Shown here one piece after another: positions 42,425-56,020 of a DNA stretch of 64,000 bases. Positions within the stretch are counted from its first letter, which is position 1. Every line of letters begins with the position of its first letter. Origin of the DNA: the human T2T-CHM13v2.0 reference genome, Homo sapiens; NCBI RefSeq assembly GCF_009914755.1, contig NC_060931.1, one strand, 5' to 3'. Both the position numbers and the translations under genes were made by a program. Below the pieces are notes generated by a model. That model was not told where the DNA came from and made no database searches. It worked only from the letters and a program-made list of their open reading frames with translations.

Positions 42425-45278
42425 ATAGCAGCAGTGTGGTTTGTAGAATTAACCTTAACTTCATTAGTCTAAGAGTAATACTATCCTTCTTGCCTTCAAC
42501 CAATTTAGAGATTGTCATGTGACCCAATTTTGGTCAATAAGAAATGAGGTCAGATAGGCTGGAGGCCTCTAGGAAAGTTCTTTTTTTGTTGTTTTTGATA
42601 AAGAGTATCAAGAGATGTGATCCTCCTTTGATATGTTTTGGCTGTGTCACCACCCAAATCTCATCTTGAATTGTAGCTCCCATAATCCCCACATATCATG
42701 GGATGGACCTGGTGGGAGGTAATTGAATCATGAGGGCAGGTTTTTCCCATGCTGTTCTCATGATAGTGGAATAAATCTCACAAGACATGATGACTTTATT
42801 AAGAGCAGCTTCCCTGAACGCACTTTCTTGCCTGCTGCCATGTAAGACAGTGTCTTTGCTCCTCTTTTGCCTTCCACCATGATTGTGAGGCCTCCCCAGC
42901 CATGTGGAACTGTGAGTTCATTAAACCTGTTTGTCTTTATAGATTACCCAGTCTCCAATATTTCTTCATAGCATTATGAAAATGAACTAATACAGTAAAT
43001 TGGCACCAGTAGAGTGGGGCGCTGCTATAAGGATACTCAAAAATGTGGAAGTGACTTTCGAATTGGGTAACCAGCAGAGATTGGAACAGTTTGGAGGGCT
43101 CAGAAGAAGACAGGAAAATGTGGGAAAGTTTGGATTTCCTAGAGACTTGGAGGGCTCAGAAGACAGGGAAAGTTTGGAGCTTCCTAGAGACTTGTTGAAT
43201 GATTTTGACCAAAATTTCCAGGCTGAGGTGATCTCAGATGGAGATGAGGAACTTATTGGGACCTGGAACAAAGGTGATTCTTGATATGCTTTAGCAAAGA
43301 GACTGGAGGCATTTTGCCCCTGCCCTAGAGATCTATGGAACTTTGAACTTGAGAGAGATGATTTAGGGTATCTGGCAGAAGAAATTTCTAAGCAGCAAAG
43401 TGTTCAAGAGGTGACTGGAGGTTCTTAACAGCATTCAGTTTTATTCATTCACAAGGAGGTGGTTTGAAATTGGAACTTATATTTAAAAAGGGAGCAGAGG
43501 ATAAATGTTTGGAACATGTGCAGCCTAGTGATGCAATAGAAAAGGAAAACCCATTTTCTGAGGAGGAATTCAAGCAGGCTGCAAAAATTTCTGTAAGTAA
43601 CAAGGAACCAAATGTTAATCACCAAGACAATGAAGAAAATGTCTTCAGGGCTTATCAAAGGTCTTCACAGCAGCCCCTCCCATCACAAGCCAGGACGCCT
43701 AGGAGGAAAAAATGGTTTTGTGGGCCAGGCCTTGCTGCTTTTTGGAGTCTGGGGACTTGGTGACTTGTGTCCCAGCCATGGGTAAAAGGGACCAATTAAC
43801 AGCTCAGGTCATTGCTTCAGAGGGTGCAAGCCCCAAGCCTTGGTAGCTTACATGTGATGCTGAGCCTGCAAGTGCACAGAAGTTAAGAAGTAAGGTTTGG
43901 AACCTCCGTCTAGATTTCAGTGGATGTATGGGAATGCCTGCATGTCCAGGCAGAGGTGTGCTGCACAGGCAGAGGGCTCATGGAGAACCTCTGCTAGGGG
44001 AGCACAAAAGGGAAATGTGGGGTGGGAGCCCCCACAAATGGTCCTCACTCGGGTACTGCCTAGAAGAGCTGTGGGAAGAGGGCCACCATCCTCCAGAATC
44101 CAGAATTGTAGATCCACTGACAGCTTGTACCATGGGCCTGGAAAAGCTGCAGATACTCAACACCAGCCTGTGAAAGCAGCCAGAAGTGGGGCTGTATCCA
44201 GCAAAGCCAGAGGGGCAGAGCTGTCCAAGACCATGGGAACCCACCTCTTGGATCAGCATGACCTGGATGTGAGACATGGAGTCAAAGGAGATCATTTTGG
44301 CACTTTAAGATTTGACTGCAGCACTGGATTTCAGACTTGCATGCGGCCTGCAGCCCTTTTGTTTTGACCAATTTCTCCCATATGGAATGTGTGTATTTAC
44401 CCAATGCCTGAATCCCCATTGTATCTAGGAAGTAATTAACCTGCTTTTGATTTTACAGGCTCATAGGTGGAAGGGACTTGCCTTGTCTCAGATGAGACAT
44501 TGGACTGTGGACTTTTGAGTTAATGCTAAAATGAGTTAAGGCTTTAGGGGACTGTTGGGACAGCATGATTGGTTTTGAAATGTGAGGACATGAGATTTGG
44601 GAGGGGCTGGAGTGGGATGATATGGTTTGGCTGTGTCCCCACCCAAATCTCATCTTGAATTATAGCTCCCATAATCCCCATGTGTCATGGGAGGGATGCG
44701 GTGGGAGGTAATTGAATTACAGGGATGGGTTTTTCCCATGCTGTTCTCATGGTAATGTATAAATCTCACAATATCTGATAGTTTTATAAAGGGCAGTTCC
44801 TCTGCACCTGCTCTCTTGTCTGCTGCCATGTAAGACCTACCTTTGCTCCTCCTTTGCCTTCCACCATGATTGTGAGGCCTCCCCAGCCATGTGAAGCTAT
44901 GAGTCCATTAAACCTCTTTTTCTTTATAGATTACCCAGTCTCAGGTGTTTCTTCATAGCAGTAAGAAAATGGACTACTACATCCTTCCTTTTCTTTTTTT
45001 TCCCAACTTCACCTTCCTTTCACCCTTTTAGATAAAAAACAACTAAGAAGTGTTTTGCCTTGATTTCTCCTGATAACCATCTTTTGACTGTGAGGAAAAC
45101 CTGATTTGGAATAAACTCAATTTTGTGGAGCCTTGTTGATATTATTATATCACTAAGTCAATCTACTCCCAAACCTTCCCTATTACTTCTGAATTTCCTG
45201 TTGTGTGAAACTAAGGTTCCCTCTTCTTAACCCAGGAAGTTTGGTTTTCTGATACTTATGAACAAAAAAATTCCTAAG
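42425..45278 (+). mobile_element. Old MLT1 (J-like) LTR split by the THE1 insertion (pieces about 42425-42628 and 44987-45278)
   Basis: Left piece contains CATGTGACCCAATTTTGGTCAATAAGA. Right piece contains CCATCTTTTGACTGTGAGG...TTCCTGTTGTGTGAAA...GGTTTTCTGATACTT...TTCCTAA. Confidence 0.6.
42629..44981 (+). mobile_element. Complete THE1 (C/D-like) MaLR element: 5' LTR 42629-42994, internal 42995-44617, 3' LTR 44618-44981
   Basis: Two direct-repeat LTRs (TGATATG.TTTGGCTGTGTC...CTA.TACA), a purine tract before the 3' LTR, and a perfect 5-bp TSD TCCTT at 42624-42628 and 44982-44986. Internal ORF fragments 43000-44367 are degraded MaLR-internal sequence. Confidence 0.96.
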
Positions 45279-45799
45279 CATTGTAATATTAGGGCCAAAT
45301 ATTCATTATCAGGAAAATGGAGAATTGGTGGTGGAAAGCTACTACAACATTTACAGTCTAAGATATATTCTAAGATATACAGTCTATAAGATAAGTTGTA
45401 AAGCCTAAGTTTAAGATACAGAAAATATAGTCAGCTTTCAATTATCCAAACTAATAAAGATGAGCCGAATAGCATGTCAGCTAACTTTTCAAACCATTCA
45501 AAAATTGTTTTATTTGCTTTGGGTATTATTTAGCATTTCATGGACAACTTAAATACTTTATGTTCTTAAAACCACTCAGTGAAGATAAACTTTACTAGCA
45601 AGTGCTGATAATTTTTTGGTTTGTTTAGTCTCATTAACACAGTGTTGGAATAGGACACCATCATTGCCAACTAAGATAGAACTGCCCTACCTTTCTTTCT
45701 CTTCAGATTATTTTCTATTCCTCTAGTTAAAGCAATGGTTTGATTTCAGAGGTCTCTCATCAGAGAAATATTAGGGAAATATGAATAAACATTAGGGAC

Positions 45800-47760
45800 A
45801 GTACTCAAATCATGATCAAATTATATAATAAATTATATTTGGTCTTAAATGTCAATAAGAACTTGAAAGCACAATTTGCCTAGGATAATTAAGAATTGAT
45901 TTCAGTCTCATGTAAGAAAGTAGAGAAAAACATGCAGGGGAATGCCTCAGTGGACTTAAATTCTTCTAACCAATATAAAAGAATGGCTGACAGTATAAAA
46001 GGAAAGAGGATGTTGGGAGGTAGTTGCCATATTAAATTAGAGTTTAAATAGGCCAAGAAAGACAATCCTAGCTATAGTCAGAAAGAGACTATATTCTTTA
46101 GGAAAGGAGATTTCAAGTATAATTTGTTCAGCCATAATGTCTTAGCTCTGTGCCTAAGAAAGCTTAAATTATAAAAGTTATTTCAATGGGGCAAAAAGTT
46201 TTATGAGCAAGATAGTCAACTAGTTTTTGTTTATGGAAATTTTAGAAATACTTTTATATAGCAATTAGTGTGTATTCACAAAACTCAGTAAATTTTACCT
46301 TTGATAACATCTCAAGTCCTTCTCTTCACTTTTTGCATTGTCATTAATTCAGAATGTTTTAAACATTATTAAAAACTTGTTTGCAAAGTGTTATGAAAGC
46401 AAAGTAAAAGCCCACTCCAAAAAAGCAGCTAAGTGGCTTATGGAATGCATTTTTTCCCCTAGACTTGATTGCTAGTTCTTGATAAAGATTGAAAAGTAAC
46501 CTAGAATGGGCTGTGTAATGTGAATAATACTTCTGGGTCATTAATTATTTCTTTTAGTTACAAAGATTCGCTATAGGAACAATGCCTAAAGATCTGAATG
46601 AGCCCAGAGTCAAAAATGCTGAAAGGGAACTTGGATAAAGGTGGAAAAAAGGTTCAAAAATAAAATTCAAACAATGTTGATATGATGAAACTATGGTGGC
46701 CAGGGAGGGGGTAAGGAGTGGAACAGTAGTGTTTAAAGAAAGAGACAAATGTAAAAAATACAATGAACTTACAGTTAAAGGTTAATAAAAAATTGAGATT
46801 CATAATCATGAGAAAAGTATCAAGGACAGCAAACGTAAGACTGATGTAAGCTTACAAAAATGGCAATGAAAATATAAGCAGATATTTTTGAGCTATGTTC
46901 AAATCAAAAGAACAATGAATAACCTTAATGCTTAGGACAAATGTTGTGATACTCACAGATTATGGTCACAAAGTTGAATTCCGGTTCTAAGTCCTTTCTT
47001 CTCTGTCAAGGATAGTGAGCTACAGTTGGTAGAAAAAAAACAAAAAACAAAAAACAAAAACATGTTTCAGATGAATACTATGCTAAATAAGCAACAGTGA
47101 GACAGAATGCCATGCTAAACAACTTATGGTTATCCAAGAACAAAAGTGGGTGATGCCTGAAATATGAAAAATGGAAAGAATTTAAACACTGGAGATGAGC
47201 TCAAGGGGCATATTTTTTAAAGTAGGGAAGCTGGATACTTAAGCAGAACTTCCATATTGGTCTAGTGGTTTTGATAATTAAATAGAAGGTTTGTGAGCCT
47301 TCAGAAGTGGTGGCATTAATAGAAACCAAAATGTTTTTCAGTAAGCATATGCTATAAAAAATCGAACTTTTAAAAAAATATGCATTCAGCAAATGCTAAA
47401 GATATAATTACTTCTGATTATAGCAAGCATTTTGACAAAATCTTTGAAAATATGTAGGTGAACAAGTAAGGGGACAAAAGACGAGGGAATTAAGAGGAGC
47501 ATAGCTGTTTGGATGAGAATACTCAAAGATTACTTGTTAAAGGGTGGATGACAACTGGAAGAGAAGTCTATAATTGACATAGCAGAGGCCCTATCATTTT
47601 CAACATTTCTCAATGACTTTGGGTGAGAAAAAAACAGGAGATGTGACTATCTAATTTAAGTATAATACAAAGGTGGGAGGAATAGTTAATATAATTCTTA
47701 TTCAAATAGATCTCAATGGGATAATAGATCAAAACAAAGAAAGTAAAATGTAATAGAGAT
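45800..47760 (+). mobile_element. CR1/L3 LINE remnant (degraded ORF2 region)
   Basis: GCATTTTGACAAAATCT (AFDK-like), TTTTCAACATTTCTCAATGACTT (FNIFINDL-like) and AAGTATAATACAAAGGTGGGAGGAATAGTTAAT (ADDTKLGGIAN-like) occur in CR1 RT order. The left boundary is uncertain. Confidence 0.6.
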
Positions 47761-48859
47761 TCACCCATTCTTCTATTCTGTATTCATTTATTAAGCACCT
47801 TTTATATGCAAAGCACTTGGTTTGTTCCTAAAGAGGCAAAGATAAGACATGATCCTGCTTTAGAAGTGTGGAAGAGAAGACATTTTAACATTAATTACAA
47901 TGAAAGATAAACCCTACTATACTATATGCCCATAACAATTCTTATGGAAGCTCAGGGTTGTGAATAAATAATGCATTGAGTGCAAAATATCTGACATAGG
48001 ATTTTGGATGACTTGTAAAATAATAGGCATCCTTAGTTTAATGTTATGTGGGAAAAAGTATGTCAGTGGCATAAGGCGAGTGTCTTAAAATATAAAAGCA
48101 TGAACATTGTAATGTTTAAACAAAGTAAATATGTATTGTTTTATTTGGTTCTGAGCACACCTTTCAAAAGGATCTGATTAGAAATGACAGACAAATATGC
48201 ACAGAGATATAGAACCAAGAGGGGGTGGCAGCTAAATAAATTCTCTTTAGAGTTAATGAAGAAAAAACACAACAATTGAGTAAACTATAGCTACATAATT
48301 TTTTTCATGTTGCATATTTTTAAACTCTTACGTGATCTTTTAAAACATGCTAGATAAAGATGCTTGTAATGTTATCCTAAGAAATCCCTGGATTCAGACG
48401 TTGCCTTCTTTCATATCCCTTCCTTTGCTGCTGATATTTGTGTATATATGTGTATTTAAAAAAAAAGTACATCCATGACAAGGGAGCAAACTTATCATTG
48501 TTAAGCGCTAGACTTGCTGTTCCTGTCTATAAGAGATATTTGCTTGTAGGTCTTCAATAATTTTCATTAAAAATATTTTGTTAGACTTTTATTTAATTCA
48601 AGTCCTTCTTTTTAAGAGGAATTTCATTTTAAAGTTGACTTTAATCAACTGAATTAAACACTATCCTAAATTTATGAATTAGCCTTAAGTACTTAATTTC
48701 TTTTTGGAGCTCATTTTCCCCTTCAATTCTATACTAGTTTCATTGTAATGATGGTAGTGTTGAATTTCATGAAATTTGTTCCTCATAAAATTTAACACAT
48801 ATATTGAAGGTTGGTGACAGTGTTTCGGCTTGGTGAGGCATACATTTATTTTAATCAAT

Positions 48860-49100
48860 GGCCAGTTAGCTCACTTAGCTACCCATATTGTTAATGAAGT
48901 GGAGGTCATGGAGGTCATGGATTTCATCCCAGTGCAGGCCAGCAAGCTTCTCTTTGTTATGTGGCACAGGATACACCCCTCACCCCAGCCAGCTGGCTGG
49001 CAAATGTGTGCAGTTGGTGACAAGGAGAACTGGGTGAGACTATGTAGATAGATTGGTGCAAATTCGTCACCATAGCTAGGAAAATAACCCTGAGCAAATG
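48860..49100 (+). mobile_element. MamSINE1-like ancient SINE with tRNA-Ile-derived head
   Basis: Head GGCCAGTTAGCTCACTTAG...TAATGAAG..GAGGTCATGGATTTCATCCCAGTGCAGGCCA, then body CACCCCTCACCCCAGCCAGC..GCAAATG..TTGGTGACAAGG..GTGCAAATTCGTCACCA. Confidence 0.75.
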
Positions 49101-52100
49101 CCTTCCTAATGGACAACACATGGTTGTTTATATTCAATTGAATTACAGATATATAGTTTGCTGTTTGTTAATCTTACTTTCAGAAAATCCCACTTTTATT
49201 TAATAGATAAAATACTTTCTTCCTTTAAAATTTATTGGTTTAAAATTTTATAACTATATTTGACAAATAATGTGCACTTTGTTCTCATATAATCTAATTA
49301 GTTTACATTTAGATTTCCATAAACGGTATGGATTTGCAGTAGGCTCATTTAGTTTTTGAGGAAGGTGATGGGCAAAAATCACATGATTTTGATGAGAGTA
49401 AATCAGTCTGTACTGAATATTAATCATGAAAAAATGTTAAATCAAGCACATAATCTTTGGCTAGTGGCATTCAGACATCTCTTACTCTGCATTTATTAGT
49501 ATGATTTGGGTAAAAGAGTAAATTTAGTATTGTCTTGATATTTGGAAGTCTGTGTGCTTTAACCAGCACAAATTAAATTAAGCTATTCAGTACTTTCAAA
49601 AAGGGTGCTTAATAATGTTGAGTAAGCTTTCAAACTCAGTTTACTTCAGCATATGCTAATTACTCTCATCTAATCATGCTGTATCATGTAATTAATATGA
49701 ACATAGCTAGGATTCACTTTTAATTTTTTTTCTTTTTGCAGACTCTTAGACAAAATAGCATGACTTATATTTAAAAATTACAATTTAACAAACCAAGTCT
49801 AACTTTTCCTTTAAAGGCAGTATATATTTCAGTTTGTCATCTCAGACATTTTGTAAGAGGTGACCTTAGCATAATTGTATACATTCTATTTTTTTAAATG
49901 CTGAGTTTGATTTAATACAGCAGAACCCTATTTTATTCTTTCAGCCTAATTAATCAGCATATATCAAAACCTTAGTTTTAGAATAAGTAGATTATAGAAT
50001 GTACACAGAGAATTCCTGTTAGACTCAAAATGGCTCTTTTGAACCTATTCATGATTTTGATTCTAATACTAAATGTAAAATATAAATGTTAAAACTGAGC
50101 ACCACTATTGGTAAGGAAATCTGAGAGCCATGGAATATATAATTATCTGGGCTTTTCAGAAATTAAAGCTCTGCAGTTTTCATTGTATGATTTTTTTACA
50201 CTGAAATGACTTCTGTGTTTAGAGAAGATTAATCTCTTTAGATCTCTAAAAGACCATTTCAAACCACTAGAGTCTAACAATAGCCCTTTACTAAGATTTT
50301 TTAAGTTGTTTCAATCTAATTTTTACAATAAACTGTGGCGCAGTACGATTGATAGCAACCGTAATGTAGATTTCTTTTTATGAAAAAATGTAGTTTCAGA
50401 ATTTCCCTATAGAAAGTGCTTAGTACTTCTCATACTTGATTGCCAAAAAAACAATTACATCTCTACCATCTATGGCTATTTGACATGCCATACAAAAAAG
50501 AAATATATTTAATTCTTCAGATTTTTTTGTGGAAACTTAGGAATGTGCTACTAATCATTTCCCCCAAAATTCCTATTTTTATGAGTTTTGGGGTTTTTAC
50601 CGTCAGTATGAATTTTTCTGTCAGAGTACAGACCCATTGACAATACAATCATTTAAAAATCTAATTACTTTCACCTGTTTAAATAAGTGAACTCCATGCA
50701 GAAAAACGTGTGCAGACTACCACAGGAAGCAGTAGAACTCATGCTCAAGGAAGGCTTTCCAGGCATCTTTTTTGTCCCTTGAGGTGTTTATGTCCTTTGA
50801 GAAGTCTGTGTGGATTTGGTCTATAGCCACAGATTTGTGACTAAATGGCTGTGTGATCGAAACTACTAAACAGTAATAAGGCTTGGTAATAGCTGTTTGA
50901 GGTTATTTCAAAAGCTTCATATCTAATCTCATTAGAATACCTATGGGTACAAATGTTATTTTCCCCTTGTGTGTTCTAATCATAGAGTAAACGATGGATC
51001 ATAATTAATGCACTAAAAAGGCACATTTTGCCTTTGTTTTTATGTTACAATACACAGTTCACGTAAACCTAACAAATATGAATATTTTCTTTTCCTTTTT
51101 TGTTTTGTTTTGTGTTTGTTTTAACTAAAAAGCCAGTACTCATATATATAGAAAGAGGAGTTGGATGTTTGTCAATAAACTCATCTGGCTTTAAATAAAT
51201 CAAAACAAAAAGAATAATTTGCTACTAGTCTTCCAACATGTTTGAAGAACAGCCTGCTGTTTGGGGAGGTGAGTGGAATATGTTTTATGAAATTTCTCAG
51301 CAGCAATAGTTATACATTTTCAGTTGATAGACTTTTAAGCTGTCACATCCTTATTTTCTTTTCCTGGCAACAATTATTGCATCATGAAATGAAGATAATT
51401 ATAATTTTGTTTTGTCTTAGATGCCATTTATAAGATATGTTATACGTATTATTACCTCTCATCCCTATTAGACTTTTTTTTTCTAAAATTATATTTCAGT
51501 TGATTCAGGGGAATTATACTACAGCCTTTAAAGCATTATTAGCATTTTGTTAAGATTGGATATTAAGGAATTCAAATGACCAGGTCTGTTATTAGAATAA
51601 GGAAACAAATTCCACTTAACTATTTAGATTTTTTTGCCTTCTCCTTCAATATGTAGAGCATGTGCATTGTGTAGAGGCTAACTTACAATATGTATGTTTC
51701 TGTGTGTTTTATATAATATCTAACAAATACTTTAATAGTATTAAATAGTACAGTTCAGAAGTTTTAAACTCATATGAGTTAAAAAGCTCATAGGAGCTTT
51801 TCAGAGTCAAACAAAGCCCATGAATGAATAAAGTGGTCTCTTAGCAATAAATAAGGAAGTGATGGAGACTGTGACAAAACTGGAGATGGCAGTCCCCTTT
51901 TGAAGGTATTCAAATTCAGTTGCTTTAAAACATTTTGTCTACTGTCACTATCAAGGAAAACACTTCTGCTGACTAAATGTGGTCTTTGAAAATACCAGTT
52001 TGAGACTTCCAAAAAGCCCAGCTTTTCAGTATATCCTCACCCAGGGATTGTCTACCATGGAGGAATCATTGTTGTGGCCCCTCCAATCAGACCCCCTTAT

Positions 52101-53469
52101 TCTCAAGAGTATATCATAATTTGCCAGTATAAGTAATAATAAGTTACTAAATATCATCATCTGACTAATAGAACTATGAACTACAAAACAAACAACTAGA
52201 ACCTTAAAATTAGTGCTTTGGAATACATTCAGTACAACTCTGAACTATCATAGGTACTTGATTTTTGGAAGCCATTTCCCCTGAACCCTAAGTCTAAAAG
52301 TTTCAATCTGTTCTCATCTACTGTTCCCTGATCCTCATTGATGTACTAACACTACTTTCTAATTGATATTTCGTTTCTCTAAAGCTAGCATTTCCAGTCT
52401 AAAGTCGTGGAACATCACCTCCTTCTAGTGAAGATAAGAGTATATCTGTAAGAGAGATGACTAAATAAGCACTATAATTCATTTTCCATTTTTATAAATA
52501 CACGTGTATATACATAATTCTATATGTAACCAGTTAAAATTAAGGTTTTTTGGTATTGGCTTTGTACACTGAAAAATATCTGGTTCTCATAAAAATTAAG
52601 TACTACACAGAAATTAGTGAAATAGACACATTTGTTTGGGCCCAAGGCAAATACTACTCCAGTTTTCCTAACTGTTAGTAAAACAGCTGTCTGATTTTAA
52701 AAGCTGAAAGGCATGCTAATTATTTTCTTTAATTTTTAATTATTATTTTTAGTTGCAATGGTACCCTCACTAGTCTGAAGTGACTTTTGAAACCTGTTTT
52801 ATTTACAGAATAAATTTCTAATTGAACTAAATTATACACATTGGTTAGTACTCCATGGTATATAGAATTTGAAAACAAAATTGGGTATTTCATACAGAAC
52901 ATTGAGAACACTAACTGGTATCACTATTTTAAAATCCCCTGATTGATATATATGGCTTTTTTAAAAAAACCAAACAGAACAAATGTCACCATACTTAAAA
53001 TTCATTATCTGAAATAGAGTGCCATTTTGAAACTATAGATCATTTTAGGTAGTTTATAATCACTGTGCCAAATGGCCCTATAACCATTTAACATTTAATA
53101 TGTCAAACCCTCCAGTTTTGGAGGCTGCGTTGATCATAGTCAGAGCCTTAACCATGGGTGTTATCCTGAAGAAGGGTGGCAGAACAAGTGGTTGTAAAAT
53201 ACCTCTGCCATTTTTGAAAATTATTACTCTCTAGGGGACCCATAAAGACGACTGAGCAGATTGGCAAGAAGGTCTAACCTCATGGCTAGAGAACATTCCA
53301 GACACATACACAGTTTCAACAGTGTTGCATGCTGCTAACTGCTGTTGTCTGGGTAGCACTGTTCCAAGTGCTTAAATTATGTGCTTGTAAACAGAACTCT
53401 TGTGACATAGTTGCTGACTAGACCACTTTGACCAACATTTTTACCTATAGCTTTGACAAGAAGGTATAA

Positions 53470-53974
53470 TTGACAACAATATTACCTATAGCTGTGTTAC
53501 AAACCATCCAAAAACATAGTAGCTTAAAACAACAATCATTTATTTTGCTTACAAATTTGTCATTTTCACACGGCTTAGCTGGAAAACTTGTCTCTGCTTT
53601 GCATGGCTTCAGCTGGGGCTGCTAGACCGAAGTTGGAGGATCGAGCCACTTAAGACAGTGCACTTCCAAGGCTGGCATGTTGTTTCTGGCTGCTAGCTGG
53701 AAACTCAGCCAGGGTTGTCTACTGAGTGCCTTGATTTCTCTCAAGTTGGACTGTTTGGATTCTTCACAATATAGCAATAAGTGTTATAAGAGGATTCTAA
53801 GCAGGAAACTGCAAAGCTCTTTTCTAGTGTAGGAAGTCCAAGAACATCACTTCCGTCACATTCTATTTGTCTAGCAAGTAAGTAAAGTCAGCCCAATTTT
53901 AAGAGGAGGGGAACTAGCCTCCATCTTACAACAGGACAAGTAGTCAAGAATTTGTAGCTATCTTTACAACAGCA
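53470..53974 (-). mobile_element. MLT1H-like LTR
   Basis: ACAAACCATCCAAAAACATAGTAGCTTAAAACAACAATCATTTATT...CACTTCCGTCACATTCTATT...AAGAATTTGTAGCTATCTTT. Confidence 0.85.
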
Positions 53975-55719
53975 GAGGGGGTGAATTTTGGTACTGATGT
54001 TCCTTGTCCAGGTGGAGTAGTCATTCATATGCCAAGAGTTCTGTTCAATCTACTTGGAGTATACCTCCTGATCGTAAATGCTGAATCCATGTTTACCATC
54101 ACCTGCACCTTCTTGTTTCTCTGGTTCTGCTCAGAGTAAGCTGATCTTGCTTAAACACTGCTAAAAAAAAAAGGATATGAAGTCCCATAATAAAGGCCTT
54201 GATGCTTCATATCGTGTCTCTCTCCTTTAAAACAGTCATGATATACAAAAGTTAACCAGTAAACAATTCTGATAGCTACATTATATCAAAAACATCAGAA
54301 TATAGATTTTGTCCATATGATTCTGATATGTAGAAATTTTGAATCCCTTTGTTTAAGCCCCTATCAACAGATTTTTAAGGCATTGTATAACATATTAAAT
54401 TTTATTATACTGATTATATATTCATTTTATTATATGCTTAATCGAGTTCCTTCTATATATAATTTGTCATTAATCTTTATGCTTATCAAAAAATCATATT
54501 CAACGGATTATATTTCCCTGCTCATTTCTATTATAAACTCAAAGGTGTATCTTAATGGAAAACATTTTGATTAGATGTTGTAAGTATTATCACTCATAGA
54601 AATACATTATGAGAGTAAAGAAAAAGTGTTCAATGTTCTGATTTAACCCAAATACATAAAATCTATTAATGATATTGAGTAATGCTTGTTCAAAATTTAA
54701 AGTATTGGGAAAAAAATATGTTGCCCTTTGTATGGCCCCTGCTTTATGCTTTAGAAATTTGATTAAGTTCTATGTCAGTCTCAGATGGTTTTTTCCCCCT
54801 TACTTTCAACTTTTCTTTATTACCTTGTACTCTTTCTAATATGTGAATTTACTGACCCTTCAGATGTCTTCTCATTAGATGTACTTGCATGGTTCATTAA
54901 AGTGTCCTTAGACAAATAGACATCACACAGAATACCAAGGTATGCAATGTCCAATCCCTCTCTGAAGCAAAAGAGTCGTGCCCCAATGGCTTTAGGGGCA
55001 TCCACTTGTCATGCAGTTGGCTTTTGGCCAACAGACATGAACAAATTAGTATAGTGTACCTGTGTTGGCTCTGTTCCTAGCCTCGTTTATGTAATTGATG
55101 TCTGGTGGCCTCATTATGGATCATTAGCTTATCAACATGATGTCTGAGCCTGGCAAAGTGCTGCTTGTTGTTAGGCATTACCAATTTACCAGAACATGTA
55201 AAGCAAGAGAACATGGACATTCTCACTAGGTCTCTGGCAAAATCAAATGGTAACACAGGAAGCTCAAATTCAGAAACTCTTAGAGTTCCTGTGTGTTTGA
55301 AATGATTGAGTTTGGATTTGTGTTAGATTATTTTTTGATAATTACAGAAGATATCTTTGTCAATAACAATGCTAAATTTGTGGTTCTTTTAAATATTTTT
55401 GTTTTTTTACATTCATTATTTTGTTTGTACTTGTGACCAGTAGTAGTAATTAAGTTTTAAATAGAACAGGTTTCTCAGTCAAAGAAATAATATAATTGGA
55501 GATAGTTTTGATTTTAATGAATGAAAGAATTTAGTGTAAAACTGACTATTCTCAAAATAACAGAGAAACCCTGTTTTATTTTGGAGCCAAACCAAAGTGC
55601 ATTGTTTTGCTTATCTGGAGTTGTTCTCATAAAATGTTCATTAGATTACTGGTTATTTATGATGTAAAATGAAAGAATGTTAAATAAGCATATTCCTTAT
55701 CTCAAATAGGAATACTCCT

Positions 55720-56020
<301 letters not shown>

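Noticed and set aside
42987-44653. Cluster of 66-156 aa ORFs
   Set aside because: Fragments of the degraded THE1 internal region and LTR, broken by stops and frameshifts.
48860-48945. tRNA-like sequence
   Set aside because: Stems and B box are disrupted and it continues into a SINE body, so it is not a functional tRNA gene.
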